A stretch of 59,633 nt of DNA from an uncultured Bacilli bacterium (GTDB taxonomy: Bacteria > Bacillota_I > Bacilli_A > RF39 > UBA660). The notes below the pieces were generated by a model that worked only from the letters and a program-made list of their open reading frames with translations, was not told where the DNA came from and made no database searches. The translations under genes were made by a program, and so were the position numbers. The stretch is from the NCBI GenBank assembly GCA_934096735.1, contig CAKOMS010000004.1, positions 1 through 59,633 of the forward strand. Reading direction: 5' to 3'. Shown in pieces: positions 10,727 to 20,147 of the stretch; the stretch's first letter is position 1, and every line of letters begins with the position of its first letter.

Positions 10727-13567
10727 TTAATTTGTATAAACAAATACATTACCAACATCTGATGCAACTCTATTTGAATAATTACCAGAAATATTTATAT
10801 CTTTATTAAGTAAATTATATTCTCTTATAATATTTCCATTATCACTTGTAATATTTCCACCAAAAATACTTATAGTTATTGGTTTTTCTACATTAGTCTT
10901 ACTAGCATAATGTCCATAATATGCATCATTTACTTCAACATAAATTGCATCCCCTGTTGGATTTATCTTACCAACAGTTTTTTCTAAATTAGCATCTAAT
11001 ACTTTTTCACCAAATGCTTTAATTTCTCCACCTGCAATATTTAATACTCCTAGTTTCATACCAACAACATTAAGACCACTTACAGTTCCACCATTAATAT
11101 TTACTGTCATATAACTTGGCATATAAATAGCAGTATCTCCATCAGCAGTAACAGTAGCACCATCATAAATATTTACAGTAGGATTTTGTTTATATTGACT
11201 ATCATAATTTCCGCTTATAGCAAATCTATTTCTAGAAATTACTGTGCCATAAACATCAATATTAATATTAGAACCAAATACAGATACTCCAATACCCATT
11301 GCATCAATAGTAACATCATCACTAATTACAAGTCTAGCATTATTAAAATCTGTAAAATCATCTTCTCCATCTCTAGTAGCACCATACTGAATAAGTCCAT
11401 AAGGAGAATCATCATAATTAACAATCTTACCATTTTTAATAGTTAATGTTTTACCTTCAAAACTATAAGCAAATAACATATTACTATTCATACTAGCAGA
11501 AATAGTATGACCATTTAAATTAAGAGTAGTATCTTTTATATAGTCAAAATATATGAGTTTATTAATAGTAAAATCAGAAAGTATATTCATTTCATTTGTA
11601 CTATTATCTTTCTTTAATTCATCAACTGCATAATTAATACTATTTGCATCATACTTAATACCATTAACTTCTAAAGCAGCTCTAGAAGTATCTGAATAAA
11701 CAAAAGCATTATTTTCTCTAGCTTCTCTAGTTTCATATATTCCAGCCATTTTAATATACTCTTGAGTAGTATTATATTCTCTTATTTTATTTCCAGAAGT
11801 ACTACTAATTTCTCCACCATTAACAGTAATGTTTATTGGACTTCCATTAGTATTCTTTTTATAATGATTATAATATCCATCACTAACTTCAACATAAATA
11901 GCATCACCAGTAGGATTAATTCCACCAGATTTTTCTTTTAAATCAGCATCATTAACATATTCTCCAACACCATTTACATGTCCACTAATAATATTTAATT
12001 CACCAAGTTTCATACCAATACCAGTTTTACCACTAACAGTTCCACCATTTACATTTACTTTCATATAACTTGGCATATATATAGCAGTTTCATTTTCTGA
12101 AGTAACATTAGCACCAACTAAAATATTAATTTCAGGATTTTGCATATATTGATTATAATAATTTCCACTTATAGCAAATCCATTTTGAGATTTAATAGTA
12201 CCAAAAACATCTAAAATTAAATTAGTACCCATTACAATAACACCTTGACCAACAGCATCTACTGTTAAATTATTTGCTAAAACAAGTTTTGCATTGTTAA
12301 AATCAGTAACATCATTTTCATCACTTGTTCTAGTTGCACCAAATGCAATAATACCATAATCACTATCTGCAGTATTTTTAATAGTACCATTATATATAGA
12401 TAATGCATTACCTGTAAAACTATAAATAAACATTAAATTATTATTACTAATATTTCCAGATATAGTATGACCACCTAAATCAATAGTTATATCTCTATTA
12501 TAAGAAATATTAATTCTTTCAGTAACTTCAACATCTCTAACTAAAGTTATATAACTATTTTTAGAATTATCAATAGCATCTTGTAAACTCTTATAATAAT
12601 TTATTCCATCAGTTGCTATAACATCAGGACTCAAAACTACATCAGAATTTTGTCTTAAATCATAAGAAACCAAATCATCTACAGACCATCCAAAACTAAA
12701 AGATATATTAGTTCCTAAATATTTTGGAGTTACTTTTAGTTTTATATCTCCATCTGTTAATTTTATTTTAATAGCCTTATTTCCAATTTCATTTTCATTA
12801 AATTCAACCCATTCAGTTCCATTAAAGTAGCTATAATTCATTGCAGAAGTATCCATTAATGTAAGTTCTTTACCTTCATAACTATTTGCTTTAACACTTA
12901 TTGTAAATTCATTTTCTTCATTTAAATACATTTCTTTAGGTAAATTTAAAGTGAACTTTGGAGCAATCTTAACAATTGGTTCATCAAGTTCATATTCAAA
13001 ATTAGCATTTTGATCAACTTTTGATAAATCTACTGTTGCATTAACACCTTCACTTGTAAAATAAAATCCACCTATCCAAGTAGCAGGTACTATAATTTTT
13101 CCATTTTCATATTTTGCTTTACCACTTGCTTGATTATAGGGAGAAATGGATCCCTCATCAATAATACCATCAAATGGTATTTCTAATTCTTTTTCTTTAT
13201 TATTAACAAAGAAAATATTTAAATTCTTTTCAACTTCTAAAGCTTCACTTTCAGTAAGTGGAGTTAGTTTTCCAGAATTAAGTTCAACTCTACTCCAACT
13301 TTCAGTTAAATCACTATAATAAAGTGTATCTACTTTAGTTGTATCAATATCATGATTAAGAGCAAGTTGAATTTTAGCTTCGTTCATACCAGCAATACCT
13401 GCAGCAGCAAAAGTTATAATAGTATCATTATCAAACTTTGTTCCACCAAAAATATAAACATCACCAGTATAAGAAGAACTACTTTCTTTAATAACACTAG
13501 CATTTACGTTAATAGTCATAAAAACACTTAAAACTAATACTAATATTATTTTCTTAATACATTTCAT
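10727..13567 (-). CDS. secreted 946-aa protein with two ~280-aa internal repeats, probably beta-helix-like
   Basis: Sec signal peptide (…TINVNA/SV); no LPXTG. The repeat core LNGHTIS...YG.I..GATR...D.TDFNNA.L....TVDA.G.GV...G.N...DV.GT...N.FAISGNY..QY.QNP occurs twice. Confidence 0.85.
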   Translation of the reverse strand: MKCIKKIILVLVLSVFMTINVNASVIKESSSSYTGDVYIFGGTKFDNDTIITFAAAGIAGMNEAKIQLALNHDIDTTKVDTLYYSDLTESWSRVELNSGKLTPLTESEALEVEKNLNIFFVNNKEKELEIPFDGIIDEGSISPYNQASGKAKYENGKIIVPATWIGGFYFTSEGVNATVDLSKVDQNANFEYELDEPIVKIAPKFTLNLPKEMYLNEENEFTISVKANSYEGKELTLMDTSAMNYSYFNGTEWVEFNENEIGNKAIKIKLTDGDIKLKVTPKYLGTNISFSFGWSVDDLVSYDLRQNSDVVLSPDVIATDGINYYKSLQDAIDNSKNSYITLVRDVEVTERINISYNRDITIDLGGHTISGNISNNNLMFIYSFTGNALSIYNGTIKNTADSDYGIIAFGATRTSDENDVTDFNNAKLVLANNLTVDAVGQGVIVMGTNLILDVFGTIKSQNGFAISGNYYNQYMQNPEINILVGANVTSENETAIYMPSYMKVNVNGGTVSGKTGIGMKLGELNIISGHVNGVGEYVNDADLKEKSGGINPTGDAIYVEVSDGYYNHYKKNTNGSPINITVNGGEISSTSGNKIREYNTTQEYIKMAGIYETREARENNAFVYSDTSRAALEVNGIKYDANSINYAVDELKKDNSTNEMNILSDFTINKLIYFDYIKDTTLNLNGHTISASMNSNMLFAYSFEGKTLTIKNGKIVNYDDSPYGLIQYGATRDGEDDFTDFNNARLVISDDVTIDAMGIGVSVFGSNINIDVYGTVISRNRFAISGNYDSQYKQNPTVNIYDGATVTADGDTAIYMPSYMTVNINGGTVSGLNVVGMKLGVLNIAGGEIKAFGEKVLDANLEKTVGKINPTGDAIYVEVNDAYYGHYASKTNVEKPITISIFGGNITSDNGNIIREYNLLNKDINISGNYSNRVASDVGNVFVYTN
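10814..11662 (-). repeat. internal coding repeat B (aa 636-918) of the 946-aa protein
   Basis: aligns by eye along its whole length with aa 321-599; both copies end ...GN.IREYN. Confidence 0.85.
11771..12607 (-). repeat. internal coding repeat A (aa 321-599) of the 946-aa protein
   Basis: see repeat B. Confidence 0.85.
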
Positions 13568-13585
13568 TTTTTAACCCTTTCTATA

Positions 13586-14590
13586 TTATTTTTCTAACCT
13601 AGCATTTCCAATACTTTTAATTTGGTTTTTGTTTGTAACATAACCATCCTTAGAAATCTTCTTAGTAATTACTTGACCACTAGTAGTTGTAATATCTAAA
13701 TAACCATCAACCTTTTCACCGTTCTTAGTTACATATAAAGTAGTTTGACCAACAATAGATGTTGCAATATCTTCTTTTAAATAGCTTATTACATCATTAT
13801 TCTTTGGTTCCTCAGGTTTAGTTGGTTCATCTGGAGCAACTACTGGAGTTTCAACCTTTTCCCATTTAGCTACTAAAGTAATATTTTTTACAACTTTTGA
13901 ATTAAAATTATATACTTTACCATCTAAATACCAACCCACAAACTTATAACCATCTCTAGTTGGATCTTTTGGTTTACTAACAGTTTTACCAGAAGTAACA
14001 CTAACATTTGAAATTTTACTTCCACCTTGTGTATCAAATTTAACTGTATATTTTGTAACTGTATTACTATTATTAGTTGTATTCTTTTCCCATTTTGCAG
14101 TAACAGTTTCATCACTAGTTATAGCACTTCCAACAGTAACTTCTTCATTATTCTTATTAAACCAACCTACAAACTTATAACCATCCTTAACAGGTGTAGG
14201 TAATTCTTTAATAACACCATTTTCTACAAGAATATCATTAACTGTACTACCACCATTTGAATCAAACTTCATAGTATAACTCTTTACAACTGTATTTCCA
14301 TCTTCTTTACTACTCCATTTAGCAACTAAAGTAATATCTTCTAGAACTGCCAAATCAAAATCATATAAAGTATCATTTAAATACCAACCAGAAAATACGT
14401 AACCATCTCTTGTAGGTTCACTTGGCTTACTTACTTTATCACCTTTTTTAACTTGAACACTACTTACAACAGATCCACCATTTGAATCAAATGTTACAGT
14501 ATATTTTTGCCCTTTTACAAAAAACACAGCACCAAGTATAGCAATAACTACTAATATTCCAATAATTACAAACGCACTTGACTTTTTCAT
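13586..14590 (-). CDS. membrane-anchored protein with three Listeria-Bacteroides (InlB B-type / Flg_new) repeats
   Basis: N-terminal TM; 3 x [Y.V.FD..GGS.....V..G..VSKP..PTRDGY.F.GWY........F......ITLVAKW]. Confidence 0.85.
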   Translation of the reverse strand: MKKSSAFVIIGILVVIAILGAVFFVKGQKYTVTFDSNGGSVVSSVQVKKGDKVSKPSEPTRDGYVFSGWYLNDTLYDFDLAVLEDITLVAKWSSKEDGNTVVKSYTMKFDSNGGSTVNDILVENGVIKELPTPVKDGYKFVGWFNKNNEEVTVGSAITSDETVTAKWEKNTTNNSNTVTKYTVKFDTQGGSKISNVSVTSGKTVSKPKDPTRDGYKFVGWYLDGKVYNFNSKVVKNITLVAKWEKVETPVVAPDEPTKPEEPKNNDVISYLKEDIATSIVGQTTLYVTKNGEKVDGYLDITTTSGQVITKKISKDGYVTNKNQIKSIGNARLEK

Positions 14591-14699
14591 ATTTCATCCT
14601 TTCTACTAATTTTAACAAAACATTCCAAGCTCTCTGCTATCATATTTTATTAATTAAAATATAACATTAAATTAAAAAAAAGACAACAAAAATTGCCTT

Positions 14700-16826
14700 T
14701 TAAGAAGACGAAAAAGTAATAGTTATTTCATCATCTTTATTAATAGTTGTACCTGGAGATATACTTTGATTAGTTAAAACCCCATAACCTTCATAATAAG
14801 CCTTTAAACCAAGTAAATTCATATATGTTTTAACTTCACTAACACTCCAACCACTCATATCTTCTAATACATAATTAGCACTATTAGATACTAAAAAAAC
14901 TTTTCCTCCAACTTGAACTTTACCATTTTTATTTGGATACTGATTAATAATATAATTACCATCTCCAATAACAAAAACTTTTAAACCTTTATCTCTAAGT
15001 TCACTTGTCACACTATTTATATCTTTACTAATATAATTATCTAAAGTTACAACTTTTTTCACAATATTATCTTCTCTATTTTCATATCCTAAATAAGCTG
15101 CAATATCATCAACAGTTTTAGCAAGCACCTTAGCAATATTACTAGCACCAGTATTAATCTTTTGTGTAGCAATATAAACTATATATTCTGGATTTTCTTC
15201 AGGAAATATACCAGCAAAACTTCTAACATAATCATTTGCACCTTTCAAATAACCTCCAGTCGGAGAAGCTATTTGTGCAGTACCAGTCTTACCAATCATA
15301 GTAGTTCTACTTGGTCTCCAATATTGTCCACTACTAAGTCCTTCATAAACCATATTATGCATAAGTCCTCTCATATAATCTACAGTTTCTTTACTATATA
15401 CTTTATTAATTTCAGTTCTCTTACCCTTATAAATAATTTTACCATCATCATCAACAATTTTATCAACTATATAAGGCTTTAAAGTAACTCCCCCATTAGT
15501 TAAAGAAGAAAGTGCTTGTAACATTTGAATAGGAGTAACAGTAATACCTTGTCCAAAAGAAGCAGTAGCAAGTTCACTCTTATATTCAATATTTACTTTA
15601 CCATCAACCTCATTAGCAAGTTCAACTCCGGTTTTACTAGCAAACCCAAGTTTACGATAATAATCTCCCAATATACCAGTTCCTTTTTCTTTTTCAAGAT
15701 TAAGTGCTAAATTAACAGCAGCAACATTTGAAGAATAAGCAAAACCTGTATCATAAGAAATAAGTCCCCATCCAGTTTTATTCCAATCCTTAATTTTAGT
15801 TTCACTATCTATTTCAATACTACCAGATTTATAAGTACTGCTTCCATCATATAAACCTTCTTCAATACTAGTAGCAAAAGAAAATATTTTCATTGTACTA
15901 CCAGGTTCATATTCATAACTAACTAAAGGATTATTATAATTTTTTAAAGTATTTAAATCATTTGGGTTAAAATTAGGATAAGTACTACTAGCTACAATAG
16001 CACCAGTTTTAGCATCCATTACAGCAAATATCATCCAATCCATTTCATATTCACTAGATAACTCTCTCGTAAGAGACTCAGCAAATCTTTGTATATTACT
16101 ATCAATAGTTAAATATATATTATCTCCATTTTTTTCTTTCTCAATTAAAACATCACTTGAAGGAAGAGTATAACCATAAGCATCAGTTTCATATGTTTTA
16201 CTACCATTAGTACCACTAAGTTGCTTATTATAATAACTCTCTATTCCAAGTTCTCCAACAATTTCACTATTATCATCATTACCATTTTTCTTAGCATATC
16301 CAATAATATAAGAAGCAAAACTACCCATACTATAAGTTCTCTTTTGACTAGCAATAAAATCTATTCCAGGCATTTCTAAAGCAGCAATTTTATTTTTTAA
16401 ATTTTCATCAATCCCTTTACCCTTAGATCCAAATTCAACTTGATATTTATTTTTATTTAATTGTTTCATTGCATCTTCATAACTAATACCTAAATATTCA
16501 TTTAACATCTTAGCAGTACTTTCTTTATCTACAACATGCTGTGGTTTATTTTTATTAGTAGTTCTATTACTATCTAAATATGCAATTATTTTATATGAAT
16601 TTACTACACTAGCAAGTACATTATCATCTTTATCATATATATTACCTCTCTTAGCATATATAATTTCTTTCTTAGTATTTCTATTACTTGCAAATTCACT
16701 TAAATTAATTCCATCAACTTTTGGACTTAATGCTACATAACTAAGTTTAATTATAATCATAAGAAAAAGAAAAGCCACAATAAAAATAATTGGTTTTTGA
16801 ATTTTTATAGTTGCCTTTCTTTTCAT
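14700..16826 (-). CDS. pbpB: class B penicillin-binding protein with two PASTA domains (PBP2B/FtsI-like)
   Basis: N-terminal TM; STMK (SxxK), SSN, KTGTAQ; two C-terminal PASTA repeats; sits directly after ftsL. Confidence 0.9.
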   Translation of the reverse strand: MKRKATIKIQKPIIFIVAFLFLMIIIKLSYVALSPKVDGINLSEFASNRNTKKEIIYAKRGNIYDKDDNVLASVVNSYKIIAYLDSNRTTNKNKPQHVVDKESTAKMLNEYLGISYEDAMKQLNKNKYQVEFGSKGKGIDENLKNKIAALEMPGIDFIASQKRTYSMGSFASYIIGYAKKNGNDDNSEIVGELGIESYYNKQLSGTNGSKTYETDAYGYTLPSSDVLIEKEKNGDNIYLTIDSNIQRFAESLTRELSSEYEMDWMIFAVMDAKTGAIVASSTYPNFNPNDLNTLKNYNNPLVSYEYEPGSTMKIFSFATSIEEGLYDGSSTYKSGSIEIDSETKIKDWNKTGWGLISYDTGFAYSSNVAAVNLALNLEKEKGTGILGDYYRKLGFASKTGVELANEVDGKVNIEYKSELATASFGQGITVTPIQMLQALSSLTNGGVTLKPYIVDKIVDDDGKIIYKGKRTEINKVYSKETVDYMRGLMHNMVYEGLSSGQYWRPSRTTMIGKTGTAQIASPTGGYLKGANDYVRSFAGIFPEENPEYIVYIATQKINTGASNIAKVLAKTVDDIAAYLGYENREDNIVKKVVTLDNYISKDINSVTSELRDKGLKVFVIGDGNYIINQYPNKNGKVQVGGKVFLVSNSANYVLEDMSGWSVSEVKTYMNLLGLKAYYEGYGVLTNQSISPGTTINKDDEITITFSSS

Positions 16827-16840
16827 TACTTATCTCCTTA

Positions 16841-17137
16841 TTATTTAACATTTACTATATTATCACTTATGTATGATAAACCATATTGATCTGCTATTTT
16901 TTGAATATTTTCCATACTAACAAGTTCATTTATTTGCATCTCTAAACTATCATTAGTATTTTTTTGCTTTTCAATTTTACTTCTTAATTTTTCATTATTT
17001 ATATTAACTTCAGACAAAAGTGCTTTACTAAATACATTTATTACAGGAATAGATACTACTAAAAATAGCAATATAAAATACATAAGTTTCTCTCCTTTTA
17101 ATAACTTAACTTTCTTTTTTGTATTATTTTTCTTCAT
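16841..17137 (-). CDS. ftsL: cell division protein FtsL
   Basis: 98 aa, basic N-terminus, single TM, coiled-coil tail; conserved position between rsmH and pbpB. Confidence 0.75.
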   Translation of the reverse strand: MKKNNTKKKVKLLKGEKLMYFILLFLVVSIPVINVFSKALLSEVNINNEKLRSKIEKQKNTNDSLEMQINELVSMENIQKIADQYGLSYISDNIVNVK

Positions 17138-17138
17138 A

Positions 17139-18098
17139 CTATATCCTTTCTATTATTCTAAGTTTAGCACTATGACTTCTACTATTTTCTTTTAATTCTT
17201 CTTCACTAGCAGTAATAGGTTTCTTATTTATAATTCTTATCTTAGGTAAATACTCTAAAGGTATATTAGGAAGTCCTTTAACTATCTCATTAACCTCACT
17301 ATATTCTTTAAATATATTTTTAACAATCCTATCTTCTAATGAATGAAAACTAATAACTGACATTCTACCTCCACTTTTTAATAACTCAATTGCTTCCGGT
17401 AAAACTTTCTCAAGTACATTAATCTCATCATTAACAATAATTCTAATAGCTTGAAATATCTTTCTTTCAGGATGATTCTTATAAAAATAATTAGCTCCAG
17501 TAGCCTTTTTTATTATATTAACAAGTTCTAAAGTACTAATAATTTCTTTCTCTTTTCTTGCACTTACTATTTCTTTTGCTATTACTTTACTTAATTTTTC
17601 TTCTCCATATAAATAAAAATATTTAACTAAATCTTCTTCTTTCATTCCATTTACTACATCTTTAGCAGAAAATTTTGCATTCAAATTCATTCTCATATCT
17701 AAAGGAGCATCATTCATAAAAGAAAACCCTCTTTTTTCATCATCGATTTGTGGTGATGAAAACCCCAAATCAAATATTATTCCATCAACTTTATCTATTC
17801 CAATTTTTTCTAAAGCATCCTTCATATCCACAAAATTAATATCTAATATTTTAAAGTTATTACTAATTTTCGATAATTCATTAAATGAATACTTTCTTGC
17901 CTCTTCATCTTGATCAATACCTATAAGTAACCCATTTTTAAGCCTTTTTAATATTTCTTTGCTCATACCAGCATATCCCAAGGTAGCATCAACATATATT
18001 CCATCTTCTTTAATATTTAGTGAATCAATAATTTCTTTTTTCATAACACTATAATGTTTAAGTGGGAAACATTCATCTGTTACTTTATTCATCTGCAT
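17139..18098 (-). CDS. rsmH: 16S rRNA (cytosine1402-N4)-methyltransferase
   Basis: HYSVM..E......DG.Y.DAT.G.AG....IL; DLG.SS.Q.D...RGFSF; FHSLEDRIVK. Confidence 0.95.
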   Translation of the reverse strand: MQMNKVTDECFPLKHYSVMKKEIIDSLNIKEDGIYVDATLGYAGMSKEILKRLKNGLLIGIDQDEEARKYSFNELSKISNNFKILDINFVDMKDALEKIGIDKVDGIIFDLGFSSPQIDDEKRGFSFMNDAPLDMRMNLNAKFSAKDVVNGMKEEDLVKYFYLYGEEKLSKVIAKEIVSARKEKEIISTLELVNIIKKATGANYFYKNHPERKIFQAIRIIVNDEINVLEKVLPEAIELLKSGGRMSVISFHSLEDRIVKNIFKEYSEVNEIVKGLPNIPLEYLPKIRIINKKPITASEEELKENSRSHSAKLRIIERI

Positions 18099-18522
18099 TC
18101 ACCTCAAATAAATTCTCAGCAATCTCTTCAAGTTTAGAAGAATTCTCATTTAAAAATTCATTATATAAAGTCTCATTCCATATTTCGATACGGTCATTTA
18201 CGCCGATTATTACACACTCTTTAGTAAGACCGGCGTAACTAACCAATGGGGAGGTTATGTTAATTCGACCTGATTGGTCAAAATCACATACAGTGGCACC
18301 AGCAAAAAAGGATCTCATAAATGTTCTAGCATCTTTCTTAGTAAACGGCAATTTTTCGAGTTTAGAAACAACTTTTTGCCACTCTTCTATTGTATAAAGA
18401 TATAAGCATTTTTCAAGTCCACGTGTAACCACGATTTTATCTTTTGCATATTCTCTAAATTTACCTGGCAAAACGATTCTACCTTTGACATCAATATTAT
18501 GATGATATTCGCCCATGAACAT
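18085..18522 (-). CDS. mraZ: transcriptional regulator MraZ (start re-called to ATG at 18522)
   Basis: MFMGEYHHNIDVKGRI...; two SpoVT-AbrB halves; GGGTGA RBS. The tracked upstream extension overlaps the operator. Confidence 0.93.
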   Translation of the reverse strand: MFMGEYHHNIDVKGRIVLPGKFREYAKDKIVVTRGLEKCLYLYTIEEWQKVVSKLEKLPFTKKDARTFMRSFFAGATVCDFDQSGRINITSPLVSYAGLTKECVIIGVNDRIEIWNETLYNEFLNENSSKLEEIAENLFEVNADE

Positions 18523-18530
18523 TCGTATCA

Positions 18531-18566
18531 CCCACTTTCTGACACTTTCATCCACTGTCTACCACC
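18531..18566 (-). promoter_or_regulatory. MraZ operator: four GTG[GT] boxes at exact 10-bp phasing
   Basis: minus strand GTGG (18565..18562), GTGG (18555..18552), GTGT (18545..18542), GTGG(G) (18535..18531), each in an A-rich context (ACAGTGG/AAAGTGT/AAAGTGG), between the -10 and the mraZ RBS. Confidence 0.65.
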
Positions 18567-18595
18567 ATTCTACTATATATCAAAAAAAAAGTAAA
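18567..18595 (-). promoter_or_regulatory. dcw promoter TTTACT-17-TAGAAT
   Basis: -35 rc of 18590..18595; -10 rc of 18567..18572; 17-nt spacer. Confidence 0.55.
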
Positions 18596-18646
18596 TAACA
18601 CCAACTGCTATTTTACTTAATATTTTTTAAATATACACTTTTTTAC

Positions 18647-18669
18647 AAAAAAAGACTTATTACAAGTCC
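18647..18669 (-). terminator. intrinsic terminator after rpmF
   Basis: GACTT-GTAAT-AAGTC followed by T7 on the minus strand. Confidence 0.6.
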
Positions 18670-18679
18670 CAAAGTTAAA

Positions 18680-18862
18680 CTATTTTTCTTCGATATTTAA
18701 AACATTTTCGTTTTTATAGTTTCCACATTTTGTACAAGCTCTATGAGGTCTTAATGAAGTACCACATTTAGGACATGTAGTAACTGCTCCAACTTCTTTT
18801 TTTAAATGAGTTCTTCTCATTCTCTTTTTTGTTTTACTTGTTCTTCTAAAAGGAACTGCCAT
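18680..18862 (-). CDS. rpmF: 50S ribosomal protein L32
   Basis: MAVPFRRTSKTKKRMRR...C.KCG....H..C..CG; 60 aa. Confidence 0.95.
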   Translation of the reverse strand: MAVPFRRTSKTKKRMRRTHLKKEVGAVTTCPKCGTSLRPHRACTKCGNYKNENVLNIEEK

Positions 18863-18864
18863 AA

Positions 18865-19356
18865 CTAATCATCACCTTTCAATAAATCTTTTAGTTTTTC
18901 TAAACGAGGATCAATTTCACTCGTCTTTTTTTCATTTATTAATTCCCAACCATTTCCTTTTATCTGTGCATCTTTAGATTCCGTATAACTAATGGGAACT
19001 TCCAATACAATATTTTGCCATAAAATTTGTTTTAAATCAAGTATATTTTTATTTTTTTGAAAGAAGTCTATATAATTTTTCTTCATTTCATCCAAATCTT
19101 CTGATATATCTATAGAAAATTTATATGGAACAGAAAGAAGAGTAATACTATCTTCTATATACATTTCTCCAAAAAAAGTACATTCCAAAATTATTTCTTC
19201 AGTCAAATTAACATACACTCTACCAGATACTCTAGCATTTAAATCGAGTATTCTTTTATCAAGTTCATCATCTTTCAAAACAACTTCATCAAAAGTAATT
19301 TCTTTTTTTAAATAAACTTCATCCAAATTTATTAGTAAACCATGCATATTCACCAC
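18865..19356 (-). CDS. yceD: YceD/DUF177 family protein
   Basis: 163 aa acidic protein immediately upstream of rpmF, the conserved yceD-rpmF pair. Confidence 0.8.
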   Translation of the reverse strand: MVNMHGLLINLDEVYLKKEITFDEVVLKDDELDKRILDLNARVSGRVYVNLTEEIILECTFFGEMYIEDSITLLSVPYKFSIDISEDLDEMKKNYIDFFQKNKNILDLKQILWQNIVLEVPISYTESKDAQIKGNGWELINEKKTSEIDPRLEKLKDLLKGDD

Positions 19357-19451
19357 TCAAATCTATATTGTGAGTATAACAAAACTAATAAGTATTGTAA
19401 ATAGAAATATATCTATGTTAAAATTACTTAAACAAACACTGGAGGTAAACT

Positions 19452-19739
19452 ATGGCAAAATTAAAGTTTGATTCATTAACAAAAGAAGAAAAAATTAATA
19501 CAAAAATTTCTTTTTATAAAACAGAAAATGGCAAAAATATAAAATTTAGATTAACTAGACTATTTGTAATTGGAGTATTTCTGATATGTTTTGGAGTAAT
19601 TCTAATACTTACTCCACTAAGTAAGTGGGATATAATTTATGCTATTTTAATTTTTATAGTAGCACTAATTTTTATATTATCAAGTATTTTTCTAAGAAGA
19701 AAAAAAATAAATGAATATCTAATAAAAAACAAAAAATAA
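19452..19739 (+). CDS. small membrane protein (2 TM)
   Basis: GGAGG RBS; two hydrophobic helices; no recognisable family. Confidence 0.5.
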   Translation: MAKLKFDSLTKEEKINTKISFYKTENGKNIKFRLTRLFVIGVFLICFGVILILTPLSKWDIIYAILIFIVALIFILSSIFLRRKKINEYLIKNKK

Positions 19740-19766
19740 TTTTCATATAAAAACATAATATTTATT

Positions 19767-20144
19767 ATGGAAAGCACTCTTAGAAATCTAAAATTACTCA
19801 AATATGAGGATATTATATGGCTCATATATTTTTTCATTGTAATTTTTGCTTTAGTCGCAAATAGTTTAGAACGTTATGACTTATTAAATAAATCAAAGTT
19901 TTATGAACAAACTGCTAAAAAAATAAATACTACTCTTTTATTAATAGCATTTTTTATCTATTTATATTTTGTAATAGTTTCAATAAATAACTTAGAAATA
20001 TTAAAAAAAGAAGCCTACAGTAAAAAAACAAGAGTGGCATTTGAAAGACTAATCGCCACAATAATATTTCTTGTCGGTGGTACATACACACTATATGCAG
20101 ATTTTGATGCTAATACTACTGATGTTGATCTTGCAATATTTTAA
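19767..20144 (+). CDS. small membrane protein (3 TM)
   Basis: three hydrophobic segments; no recognisable family. Confidence 0.5.
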   Translation: MESTLRNLKLLKYEDIIWLIYFFIVIFALVANSLERYDLLNKSKFYEQTAKKINTTLLLIAFFIYLYFVIVSINNLEILKKEAYSKKTRVAFERLIATIIFLVGGTYTLYADFDANTTDVDLAIF

Positions 20145-20147
20145 TTA

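Noticed and set aside
18085-18522. mraZ looks visibly more GC-rich than its neighbours (also comEB at 21381..21866), which might suggest horizontal transfer
   Set aside because: Both are highly conserved core genes in conserved synteny. The higher GC is more simply explained by amino-acid constraint. I could not compute composition rigorously.
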